DNA of 23,014 nucleotides from Octopus sinensis (GCF_006345805.1 NW_021836736.1:1-23014), one strand, 5' to 3'. Shown: positions 1 through 11,244, counted from the stretch's first letter. Notes: generated from the letters alone by a model not told the origin. Made by a program: numbers and translations.

Positions 1-17
1 ATCTAAAAGTTTGCATA

Positions 18-30
18 CATGCACACACAT

Positions 31-61
<31 letters not shown>

Positions 62-91
62 TGCACACACAGGAATCCAAACACTCTTACT

Positions 92-133
<42 letters not shown>

Positions 134-492
134 GTATGCCTGTATGTATATATAGGAAATTCTGAAAGAATTTAAGGGTATGACTGGTTATAAATCCTTA
201 TTTATGTATGTATGCATGTATGTATGCATGTATGCATGCATGTAAGTATGTATGTATTCATGTATGTATGTATGTACGTATGTATGTATGTATGTATGTA
301 TGTGAGTATGCATGTGTGTGCGTGTATGTAAGGATGTATTGATAAATGGTATGTATGTATACATGAATGTATATATATATATATATATAATATGTGTTTA
401 AATGTATACTATTTCATATTGAGAATATATGTATACATACATATATGTATACATACATACATACATACATAATATGTATATATATATATATA

Positions 493-546
<54 letters not shown>

Positions 547-600
547 TGATGTCTGTCTGTAGTGTATGTCGAATGCTTTTTTTAAGTATGTATGTATGTG
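18..600. repeat. Compound microsatellite field: (CA)n, (TA)n, (TATG)n, short (CATA)n
   Basis: Directly visible: (CA)n ~20-70, (TA)n ~97-130 and ~478-545, degenerate (TATG)n ~203-305. Confidence 0.95.
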
Positions 601-961
601 TCTAAGTTTGCTCTTATGGAGAATTTTTGTGCGTGCCCTCTGTGTGAGTGTGTTTGTGCGTGTATGTGTATGTGTGTGTGTGTATGTGTCTGTGTGCGTG
701 CGCGCCGTATGTACTTCACCACTCTGATGTTACACAAAATCTATGCCCGATTTGTATATATGAACTGTCGTTTGTATATAAAACGACCGCAGTTTTGGAG
801 ACGTCTTACACTTCTCCTGACATTTGGCAAATGGCATCATAGTCCTCATGCCATTTCGTCCGGATTAAAATCTTTTATTACAATAGATATTTACAGCTTT
901 GGTGTGAAGTCGTGCAGCTTTGCCTGCCTGCCTGCCTATTTGCCTGTCTGTCTGTGTGCCT

Positions 962-1817
<856 letters not shown>

Positions 1818-1954
1818 GCTATTCTTTGAGGTTTATTTAAGTTATTCGTAATATTTGAATCTTGTACAAACTGCCAAAACTTCATTCGTTTGAATCAAAA
1901 CTGAGAGAGATTAGCAAATATGAGAGTATATGGGTTGATAAGAGCATATATTGA

Positions 1955-2247
1955 TGTTTCTTCCTTCTCGAGCCATTCCTGGCTCACATGGGCCGGTTTC
2001 CTTGGCGTATAGGTTACCCACCTGGACGGGACGCCGGTCTGTCATAGGTGAGCTGCTAGATGCAGGAGGAAAGAATGAGAGAAACCTGAAGCGAAAGAGT
2101 CAGCAGAAGTTCGCCATTACCTTCTGCCAGAGCCGCGTGGAGCTTAGGTGCTTTGCTCATAATCACACACATCACCCGGTCTGAGCTTCGAACCTACGAT
2201 CCCTCGACCACCAGTCCGCTGCTCAAACCACTAGGCCATGTGCCTAC
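1955..2247 (-). mobile_element. tRNA-derived SINE, family A (3' part resembles V-SINE-type tails)
   Basis: Minus strand has an A-box TGGCCTAGTGG (2238-2228) and a B-box GGTTCGAAGCT (2194-2184) at tRNA-like spacing. The non-tRNA body ends ...GACAGACCGGCGTCCCGTCCAGG...GGAAACCGGCCC...GAGCC...GGCTCG, which resembles V-SINE-type 3' regions from memory. Confidence 0.75.
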
Positions 2248-2276
2248 ACGATATGTACATATACGCCTGTGTAATT

Positions 2277-2505
2277 GCGTGGCCTATAGGGTACGATGTC
2301 GCGCTCGATCATAAAGGTAGCAGGTTCGTCTAATGCACCAGGAACTGTTTCTTATGTCCTTGAGCAAAGCGCTTCACTTCATGTTGCTTCTATGCAGTCA
2401 GCTGAAGAAATTATTACCAACCGAGTGATTATGCAAGCCTCTTGCATCCGGTATGCACCATTAAGCAAGAGCAGCAGCGCCGAGAATCTATCTTTGCATG
2501 CTCGC
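2277..2505 (+). mobile_element. Degenerate tRNA-derived SINE, family B
   Basis: A-box-like TGGCCTATAGGG (~2280), B-box-like GGTTCGTCT (2323-2331), then GTCCTTGAGCAAAGCGCTTCACTTCA, a typical SINE post-head motif. The 3' boundary is uncertain. Confidence 0.55.
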
Positions 2506-2523
2506 AACTGAATAGGCCCCTAT

Positions 2524-2660
2524 AGGCGCAATCGAGGCCATGTGGTAAGAAGCTTGCTTCCCAGCCAAATGGTTTCGGGTTCCGTCTTCTAATATACCTT
2601 CGGGCTGACCTAGGCCTTGTGAATGGATTTGGTAGATGGAAACTGAAACAAGCCCGCTGT
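2524..2660 (+). mobile_element. CORE-like SINE (family C), degenerate 5' half with internal deletion
   Basis: ATGTGGTAAGAAGCTTGCTT...GGCCTTGTGAATGGATTTGGTAGATGGAAACTGAAACAAGCCCG matches the reverse complement of 3030-3195. Confidence 0.8.
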
Positions 2661-2661
2661 A

Positions 2662-2739
2662 TCTCTCACACTCTCTCTGTCTCTCTGTCTCTGTTTGTCT
2701 CTCTGTCTGTCTGTCTGTCTCTCTCTGTCTGTCTCTCTG

Positions 2740-2770
<31 letters not shown>

Positions 2771-2784
2771 ATATATATATATAT
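2662..2784. repeat. (TC)n/(TCTG)n-(TA)n microsatellite
   Basis: Directly visible. Confidence 0.9.
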
Positions 2785-3195
2785 ACTCTTTTACTCTTTT
2801 ACTCTTTTACTTGTTTCAGTCAGTTGACTGCGGCCATGCTGGAGCACCGCCTTTAGTCGAGCAAATCGACCCCGGGACTTATTCTTTGTAAGCCTAGTAC
2901 TTATTCTATCGGTCTCTTTTGCCGAACCGCTAAGTGACGGGGACATAAACACACCAGCATCGGTTGTCAAGCAATGCTAGGGGGACAAACACAGACACAC
3001 AAACATACATGCACACATATATATATATACATATATACGACGGGCTTCTTTCAGTTTCCGTCTACCAAATCCACTCACAAGGCTTTGGTCGGCCCGAGGC
3101 TATAGTAGAAGACACTTGCCCAAGGTGCCACGCAGTGGGACTGAACCCGGAACCATGTGGTTGGTAAGCAAGCCACTTACCACACAGTCACTCAT
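2784..3195 (-). mobile_element. Full-length CORE-like tRNA SINE (family C; octopus OR1/OR2-like)
   Basis: Minus strand has a head with B-box-like GGTTCAGTCCC, the CORE-like motif CCTTGGGCAAGT (3125-3114), an internal (TA)/(TG) microsatellite, and a tail ...CAGCATGGCCGCAGTCAACTGACTGAAACAAGT(AAAAGAGT)n. Near-identical copies are at 7708-8257 and 13646-14051. The OR1/OR2 name is from recollection. Confidence 0.88.
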
Positions 3196-3297
3196 ATACT
3201 GATATATATGTATCGAAACTGACTCATCATTATAGGGAATTCTCCACCGTTGCTTTTGGGTTTTTATGATCCCTGTCAGTATATATGTATAAAATTA

Positions 3298-3628
3298 TGT
3301 GCTTTGGGAAAGTGTCTTCTACAATAGCCTCGGGCCGATTAAAGCCTTGTGAGTAGATTTGGAAGTCGGAAACTGACAGAAGCCTGTCGCACATATATGT
3401 GTGTGTGTCTTTGTATCTGTGTTTGTTCACCCCCCGCCTCCCGCTCATTTGACAACCGATGTTGCTGAGTTTACCTCCCCATAACTTAACGGTTCGGTAA
3501 AAAAACCCCGATAGAATAAGTACTAGGCTTACAAAGAATAAGTCCTGGGGTCGATTTCTTCAACTAAAAGGCGGTGCTCCAGCATGGCCGCAGTCAAATG
3601 ACTGAAACAAGTAAAAGAATAAAAAGAC
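3298..3628 (+). mobile_element. CORE-like SINE (family C), head-truncated copy
   Basis: From TTGGGAAAGTGTCTTCTAC through GGCGGTGCTCCAGCATGGCCGCAGTCAAATGACTGAAACAAGTAAAAGAAT; inverted relative to 2784-3195. Confidence 0.88.
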
Positions 3629-4281
3629 TAAAACAAACTCAAATGAGGAGTATCAAAATCATTAAAATTCCTCATAAATAATCGATCACTAGTAATCGAT
3701 TTGACTTGAAGGACGAGTGTCAGTTTGCTTTGTTGTTTCACGGAAAACCCTAGCACTTTTAGGCTTTTATGCAAATCTGTCGTTAAATAACCCGATGCAT
3801 TTAATGCAGTAGCTGCAAAGGAGAACCGGCTGCTTGGGTTTGTGTGTTGTAAGGTGTTTGTTGCCAGAATGATAAGATACAGAACACAGAGGCCATTTAC
3901 TCGGACATTATGAATCTTTGTCCTTCTGTCTAGCATGATATTTTATCAGTGTTTCTGTTGATATGGAAGTGACCAATGGCAACTGATGTCTACCTAGTAT
4001 TCATGTCCAAGTTACGCATATATTCAAGTGTCCCGTTTGGTACCCCAAGTGGTGGTATTAGCTCTAGTACTGTAAAAACGTTATGATGTTGTTGTTTTTT
4101 TTATCGAATACAACAAGCTCTGGTTTACATATTTTCAAGGTTTGCCGAAGAATTTCCTCTGTCATTCTAATTTTCACACCTCGATATAGCGTCATCATTA
4201 TAAATTGTGTGGAAATGGTATCATTTGTCATGGGAGAAGACGTAGATAAACAGGCCATGTATGTATGTATGTATGTATGTA

Positions 4282-4542
4282 GGCTATTTAGCTTTATTTC
4301 TAGATTTATCGCCAATGGAGAAAGTGTTGGTTTCTAAACGCAGTTCAAGGCTAATTTACTGGAACTTCAACAACCTCAACAGGGTAGTGGTGCATGCATG
4401 TGTATGTATATGTGCAAGTATTTGGTGTCAGTACCGGTCTATATATTTTGTTTTATGAATGTGTTGCGTGCGTGACATGTGAATATCTATTTATACGCTA
4501 AGATTTTGGGAAGTCTGACATATTTTGACAATTCACTGATCT
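4282..4542 (-). mobile_element. 3' end of an RLE-type LINE (copy A) ending AAATAAAGCTAAATAGCCT-(ACAT)n
   Basis: Homologous to copy B: plus-strand AGATTTATCGCCAATGGAGAAAGTGTTGGTTTCTAA versus AGATTTCTTGCCAACAGAGAAAGCGTCGGTTTCTAA. A degenerate ITGTVKICKTFQ-like coding end lies at ~4540-4500. Confidence 0.65.
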
Positions 4543-4550
4543 GTGTATGT

Positions 4551-4936
4551 AAGCTATTATTCAGTTTTATTTCAAGATTTCTTGCCAACAGAGAAAGCGT
4601 CGGTTTCTAACATAGATCCAAGGCCCCTTCATTGAAATTTCAACATCAACGGGGTATGTATGTATGTATGTATGTATGTATGTATGTATGTATGTATGTA
4701 TGTATGTATGTATGTATATACGCAGATTTTATATGTTTTGTTTTATATATATATTTTCATGTATATAGTTACATATCTAGACATGCTCATATATACTTCA
4801 ATGATAAATTTCTGGAAAGTTTTACTGATTTTTACAGTTCCAGTGATGAACTGGATCTGTAGTCTACGAATCAGCCTTCTCCTTTTTGGTTTTGAGAAGC
4901 TTAATTTCTCAAGATTGGTATTTAGGCAGTGTGTTA
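4551..4936 (-). mobile_element. 3' end of an RLE-type LINE (copy B) ending AAATAAAACTGAATAATAGCTT-ACATAC
   Basis: The ORF-track peptide LEKLSFSKPKRRRLIRRLQIQFITGTVKISKTFQKFII resembles the extreme C-terminus of R4/Dong-like ORFs. The 3' UTR has an internal (TATG)n (~4657-4716) and a polyA signal. Confidence 0.68.
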
Positions 4937-7041
4937 GTATGTATGTATGTATGTATGTATGTATGTATGTATGTATGTATGTATGTATGTATACATGCTG
5001 TTCTGAATACATTTTTCAAATACCCTTCCATTAGACAAGAACTGGTCTCCAACCCAATGTTAGCTCCCTTTATTGGAATTTTGACAATAGCAACTACGTA
5101 TTTATGTTTGGAGGGATGTAACTATGTTACACATTGACATATGTATGCACGAGTGTGCCTGGGAATATTTTCTGAGGAACTCCTAACCTACTCTAATAAT
5201 ACTATCTGCTTAATGTAAGCAGAAATTATCCATGAATGCACCTCGTGGCTTGTTGGTTGCTGGGTGTTGCCGAAGGGATATGATGCTTCATTCAAAGGAT
5301 GTTTAAATCGATGTTAAGACTCTACCATGTTGTTTTCAATGTAGGTAAAGCTTGTCAATATCACTATTGATGTGGCGATTTCTGCTGGTAGTTAGTAGTT
5401 CCCGGGCTTTAACATTAATGGTCCAGATTCCATCTAAAATGTAGTCCAGCAGGCCAAGTACCAGTATAAATATTGGTACACAATATACATGAATGCCGTG
5501 CATAGAGCACTAAGAATCATACATTTTTCATCTGGGTGTTATGTCACGGGCTTTCATAGGACATATTTTCGTAGAAACAGTTGGGTTACTGATATATGTC
5601 GTTAGAGGTTCATTATTCGTATTAGTGGTTCATCGTTGTTCAACCTACGATGAGGGAACGTCTATCACGGCCAAACTTCATTCCGATGCTCTCTAACAAT
5701 GTCGTTTCTATATCAAATCCCATCTTCATATTGTTTATATTTTCGACATATACTTTTACATTATCCACAGGGAAGATGTATCTATCAATAAGCTGTTCTT
5801 ATAAACCAATCGCGTACTATTTTAGCGTTCCTCGACAAATAGAATAAGGTGTTCATTGTCTGGATAAACAGCGTAACAAGGAGACTGTCTCGAAATATGC
5901 TATCACACCACTGCCAGAACTGTATGATTGATTAAACTTTTGTCAGTACCTCATCAAACTCATTTCTCCCTCGCTGCTTATTCAGCTGAAATAGATTTTT
6001 TGTGTCATAGTCACAATGATCCTGGACGATTAGTGTAGATAAACTGCATAGATAAACTACATATATTAGATTCTGGCATGAAATTGCTGATTGCCATTTG
6101 AGTGGCTTTGTTCGTTTGTATCAGTATTATTTCTGCAAATACCAGCCAGATTGCTCTATTAGTATCTTCTCTGAGAGTTTGCTGATAGAAGCTGATAAGG
6201 TGTTGTCAATAAAAAGTAATTATTTGTACTGATTGCCAACAATCAAAACAATCAAACCTCTTTCTGGTGCTACCCAAAATCCTGACGTGTTTCTGTTATA
6301 ATTTCAAGTACGAGTATCAACATTGATACTATATAGTTTTAGTGCAACGTAGAGATAATCCTATCACACTCTTATACTGTGGGTTTTCATTAATACAGGG
6401 AGAATACATATTTCTTATTCACCCTGCATATAAACTCTTCTTTCTCTTGAATGAATCTGTATTCTCTCGGGAAATTGTCTCAGTGAAACTTTGTACCGTC
6501 CTCTCATCTTTTTGCAGCTTACTTTTTGATTTCAATTTCCTGCCTGTCAATTTCTTATAATGACAGTTTTTCACTGATAACTTTTAACTCTTGCTTAATG
6601 GTCATCAATTTGATTTCGAATGTCTCTTCTTGCTATCTCTAAACATATTTTGTGTTTTATGTTTCAATGTTTGTTGGAGAGAAATATATCTATTTGTGTG
6701 TTTACACTTGATATATACCACCTCATAGTTGATGGTCTTCCGTTGATGAAACAATCACTGAAGCAAAAAGTAATACGATTGATTTGCATCAGTTTATTTC
6801 TATATTATCTTCAAGATACTGCTTAACAGTTGTAGGAAGGCAATATAAACAAGAGGTTATTTGCCAGAATAATGACTCATTGCGTTTTTTTTCCAAATAT
6901 TCTCTATGTATATCTCTAATCACAGTCTGCATCAAATCTCTGGATCTCTTAGCGTTGATGAAATTTGGCCTCTCTCACATCCTTTGTATTAGCAACATAT
7001 CACTCTTCAATTAAAGCATTTCATTATCAATATCTATCAGA

Positions 7042-7460
7042 AGGCGGCGAGCTGGCAGAAACGTTAGCACGCCGGGCGAAATGCGTAGCCGTATTTCGTC
7101 TGCCGTTACGTTCTGAGTTCAAATTCCGCCGAGGTTGACTTTGCCTTTCATCCTTTCGGGATCGATTAAATAAATACCAGTTACGCACTGGGGTCGATAT
7201 AATCGACTTAATCCGTTTGTCTGTCCTTGTTTGTTCCCTCTTTGTTTAGCCCCTTGTGGGTAGTAAAGAAATAGGTATTTCGTCTGCCGCTACGTTCTGA
7301 GTTCAAATTCCACCTTTCATACTTTCGGGGTCGATTAAATAAGTACCAGTTATGCACTGGGGTCGATATAATCGACTTAATCCGTTTGTCTGTCCTTGTT
7401 TGTCCTCTCTGTGTTTAGCCCCTTGTTGGTAGTAAAAAAATGGGTATTTCGTCTGCCGTT
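7042..7460 (+). mobile_element. tRNA-derived SINE (family D) plus tandem head-less repeat units
   Basis: A-box-like TGGCAGAA (7053), B-box GAGTTCAAATTCC (7115-7127), central GCCTTTCATCCTTTCGGGATCGATTAAATAAATACCAG (Meta/MESC-domain-like from memory), tail AGCCCCTTGTGGGTAGTAAAGAAATA. GTATTTCGTCTGCCG recurs at 7091, 7275 and 7444. Confidence 0.85.
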
Positions 7461-7707
7461 GTTTGTAATTCTGTGCACAGTGGCTTACCTTAAGAAAAAA
7501 ACTGGTTTCTTTCCAAAGCACAATCAGGCAATCTCTACACATCTAGAGGAGACAGTCATATACTTCATCTCGATTCTTTTTCACTGACAGATTTAACGCT
7601 GTTTAACGGCGATAAACTGGATTCAAGTTCCTCTTTTTGCTAAATCGAAACATTTTTTTGTATTTAATTTCAACTTTTGTTAGTGAGAAGTGTTGCTATT
7701 TATTCTT

Positions 7708-7995
7708 TACTCTATTTTTCTCTTTTACTTGTTTCAGTCATTTGACTGCGGCCATGCTGGAGCACCGCCTTTAGTCGAGCAAATCGACCCCAGGACTTAT
7801 TCTTTGTAAGCCTAGTACTTATTCTATCGGTCTCTTTTGCCGAACCGCTAAGTGACGGGGACACATCAGCATCGGTTGTCAGGCGCTGTTGGGTGGTGGG
7901 GGACAAACACAGACACACAAGCATACACACACACACACACACACACACATACATACATACATAAATACATACATACATACATACATACATACAAC

Positions 7996-8055
<60 letters not shown>

Positions 8056-8257
8056 TATATATATATTATATTATACATATATATATATACACGTATATAC
8101 GACGGGTTTCTTTTAGTTTCCGTCTACCAAATCCACTCACAAGTCTTTGGTCGGCCCGAGGCTATAGTAGAAGACACTTGCCCAAAGTGCCACGCAGTAG
8201 GACTGAACCCGGAACCATGTGGTTGGTAAGCAAGCTACTTACCACAAAGCCGCTCCT
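7708..8257 (-). mobile_element. Full-length CORE-like SINE (family C) with expanded internal microsatellite
   Basis: Near-identical to 2784-3195; the internal (CA)(CATA)(TA) tract is expanded to ~7915-8100. Confidence 0.9.
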
Positions 8258-8486
8258 ACGCCTCGATAAGCATTTCATCATAGGCGATAGGTCAACGACC
8301 TTCTTTGCAATGTACTGGAGTAAAAACAAACTGAGATTGAATTGCAGCTGTTATTTCTTTACGTTCAAGACACTACTACACAACAGACGATATAAACAAG
8401 CGCTGATTTGCCTAACTGATAAATCAAAAAATATCTCATAAAATCGCAAACAGATTTTAGTGTTCAAAAGTTCTGATGATCCCTCA

Positions 8487-8645
8487 TCGTTATTCAGCCT
8501 ATTGCTATACGTCCTTTAGGCTCAAGAACTGATGAATATCAGGCTCAAGAACTGATAAATATACCCCCTCGTTATTCAGCATATTGCTAAACGTCCTTTA
8601 GGCTCAAGAACTGATGAATATCAGGCTCAAGAACTGATGAATATC
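8487..8645. repeat. Nested tandem duplication (82-bp unit containing a 23-bp duplication)
   Basis: CTCAAGAACTGAT at 8521, 8544, 8603 and 8626; TCGTTATTCAGC at 8487 and 8569. Confidence 0.9.
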
Positions 8646-8974
8646 CGACCATCTACAAGACACAGATTAAAATATTACTGAGGGCTATGCCTAAAAATAG
8701 CCAAACATCGCATTTAAAGAGAGTTCTATTCGATGAATTCAAAAACATTGCATCACCACTGTTTCACAGACGTGCTGTTCTTTCTTTTTCTCCCGTTTCA
8801 CCGTTTCAACGACATCTGATTCACCGAACTAGCTAACAGGATAGTCCTTCCACCCAGATCCAACCATCTAATCCACTTCTCCTCCCATTGTCATTCTTAG
8901 AGTGCTCTATTTTCTAAGCCCGGCTCTAAGTACTCCATCCAATCATTCCACCCTATGACTGAAGTCCTCTAGCA

Positions 8975-10169
8975 TTGCCTCCTCCTCATTCCCCCACCAC
9001 CACCACCACTACGCCGTCATCGTCATCGTCGCCGCCATTACTCGTCATTGTCAATTTTAGTTTAGCAATGACAGCGATGAACACCCCCACCGCCGCCGCT
9101 GCCCGGTACCACCACCGCCATCACCATCACCATCACCATCACCATCACCACTACTATTACTACTGTTAACAACAAATAACACCATTATCTCAAGAAACAT
9201 CTCCTCTGAAGACTACCACCTTCACTATACTCAATAAAACAGTCACCATCATCATATTCATCATTAATATCTCATTCTCTTCTCCTCATTTTCCTCTTCC
9301 TTATAATTCTCTTTCCCCTCCTCTTCCTCCTCCTCCTCCTCCTCCTCATCATCATCATCATCTTCATCATATTTCATCACCATCATTATCATGAGGATCA
9401 GTTTCGTCTTGGAGTTCATTGTCATCTTCATAGTTCTTACCATTCCGTATCTTTTCATCTTCTTCATCCTCCTTTTCATGAACCCCATCATCGCTGTCAT
9501 CGTCACCGCCACCACCGTCGACGTCGTCGTCCTCCTCCTCCTCTTCCTCTTCCCCACTCTCCTCCTCTTCCTCCTCCTCATTCTCATCCCCTTCCTCCTC
9601 CTCATTCTCATCCCCTTCCTCCTCCTCCTCTTCTCTCAGCACCATCAGCAACATGATCATTGACACCAGCCTCCTCCAACCCTCGCCCTCTTCTTCTACT
9701 CCTCCCCTTCCTCTTCAGCCTCCTCTTCCTCATCCTCTTCTCTCAGCACCATCACCAACACGATCATTGACACCAGCCTCCTCCTCCTACCCTCACCCTC
9801 TTCTTCTCCTCCACTCCCTCTTCCCCCTCCTCTTTCCCCTCCTCTTCCTCATCTCTCAACACCACCAACACGATCATTGACACCAGTCTCATGCTCCCCC
9901 TCCTCCCTCCTCCTCTCATGATCATCACAATCCTCCTCCCTCCTTCCTCCTCCTCATCATCATTCATCGCCACCACCATCTTTATCTCTGTTATCATTGA
10001 CGATGTGAGTATGTCATCAACTTCTCAATATCATTACAGCCTCAACTACATAGAAGATTATATTTTTATTCTCATACTTCTATTAATTTTCATTTCATTG
10101 ATTTTGCTGCTGTTATTATCATTATTGTTATTATTATTATTATCATCATTATTGTTATTATTATTATTA

Positions 10170-10221
<52 letters not shown>

Positions 10222-10230
10222 TGCTGCTGT
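8975..10230. repeat. Trinucleotide low-complexity field (CAC/CAT/CCT, ending in (TTA)n)
   Basis: Directly visible; contains three copies of GATCATTGACACCAG (9655, 9762, 9872). Confidence 0.9.
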
Positions 10231-10499
10231 ATTCCATATTATTCATATGTTTTTTTTTTAAAATTATTTAGTTCTTTGTGAATTTTTTTTTTCTTTCATT
10301 TCATATTTTTTTTCTTCTTCCACCATTACAATTCAAAATGAAGTATTCGCTATTGCAGTTGAAGCCATCCACCGTTTTTCAATATCAATTTTGTTGATGT
10401 TCTTCACCTAATTCATCATGGCTGCCAAAGAAAAATAGTCCATTGATAATTAAATTTCATCGCGGTTCAGAAGTTGGACATTTTTTTTTTCTTTTAAGA

Positions 10500-11095
10500 T
10501 AAAGAGAGAACGAAAGGGACCGAGAGCGAGAGAGAATAAGAGAGGTGGAGGAAGAGAAAGAAGGAGCATGACAAATAAAAGCAGACAAAGAGTAAAAGAA
10601 AGATTAAAGAGAGAAGAAAAAGAAAGAAGAGAAGTAAGAAAAAGGTAGAGAGAGAGAGAGGGAGCGAGAGAAAAAAGAGAGAATAAGAGAGAGATGGTGG
10701 GAGAGAATGAGAGAGAGAAAGAGAGAATAAAAGAGATGGAGGGAGAGAAAGAGAGAGAGAGAATAAGAGAGATGGAGGGGAGAAAGAGAGAATAAGAGAG
10801 ATGGAGGGAAACAAAGAGAGAGAGAGAGAGAGAGAAAGAGAGAATAAGAAGGAAAGAGAGAGAAAAAGAGAAAGAGAAAGAGAAAATAAGAAGGAGAGAG
10901 AGAGAGAGAGCATGACAGAAATAAAGACAGACAAAGAGCAAAAGAAAGATTAAAGAGCGAAAAAAAAGAAAGAGAAGGAAGAAAAGGCAGAGTGAGAGAG
11001 AGAGAGAGGGAAGAAGAGAGGGAGAGAGAGTGAGAAAAAGAGGCAGAGAGACAGGAAGGCAGAAAGAAAGATACAGACAAGGCTAAAAAGAGATT
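10500..11095. repeat. Polypurine (GA-rich) tract with internal minisatellite
   Basis: Almost all A/G on the + strand; GAGAATAAGAGAGATGGAGG-like units recur; GCATGACA...CAGACAAAGAG...AAAGAAAGATTAAAGAG is duplicated at 10566 and 10910. Confidence 0.9.
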
Positions 11096-11189
11096 TAGCT
11101 CATTTACATTTTTTTTTGCTTGTTGCTTTTTGGAGAGGTTTTTTTTTGTTTTATATCTTTCTTCGTTTCCTTCTTCTTGTCGTTATCGC

Positions 11190-11213
11190 TGTCATCATTG
11201 CAGTCGTCATATG

Positions 11214-11244
<31 letters not shown>

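Larger units (their letters stand above)
3950..7030 (-). mobile_element. Highly decayed RLE-type non-LTR retrotransposon relic (R4/Dong-like), interrupted at 4257-4992
   Basis: Manual minus-strand translation gives ordered degenerate motifs: IFRDSLLVTLFIQTMNTL (GIFQGDSLSPL-like, ~5900-5850); SIGMKFGRDR (DIGMxFGLDKC-like, ~5695-5665); KARELLTTSRNRHINSDIDKLYLH*KQHGRVL (~5415-5320, post-RT RGL motif); IHGLF across the insertion; KPELVVFDKK (RLE PD-box-like, ~4130-4100). There are many stops and frameshifts. Boundaries are approximate and the relic may extend to ~7700. Confidence 0.72.

Noticed and set aside
705-930. Unique segment between microsatellites with a CPIC-containing frame, a possible exon
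   Set aside because: There is no recognisable domain and no convincing acceptor/donor pair; RNA-seq or homology would be needed.
3628-3936. Minus-strand ORF with a weak GIY-YIG-like look (NGLCVLYLI)
   Set aside because: There is no second YIG motif or conserved R/E/N residues; it lies beyond the RLE relic's 3' end and is more likely non-coding.
10330-10500. Unique island with a minus-strand acceptor-like TTTTTCTTTGGCAG
   Set aside because: All frames close quickly and the nearby donor (GTGAAG) is weak.
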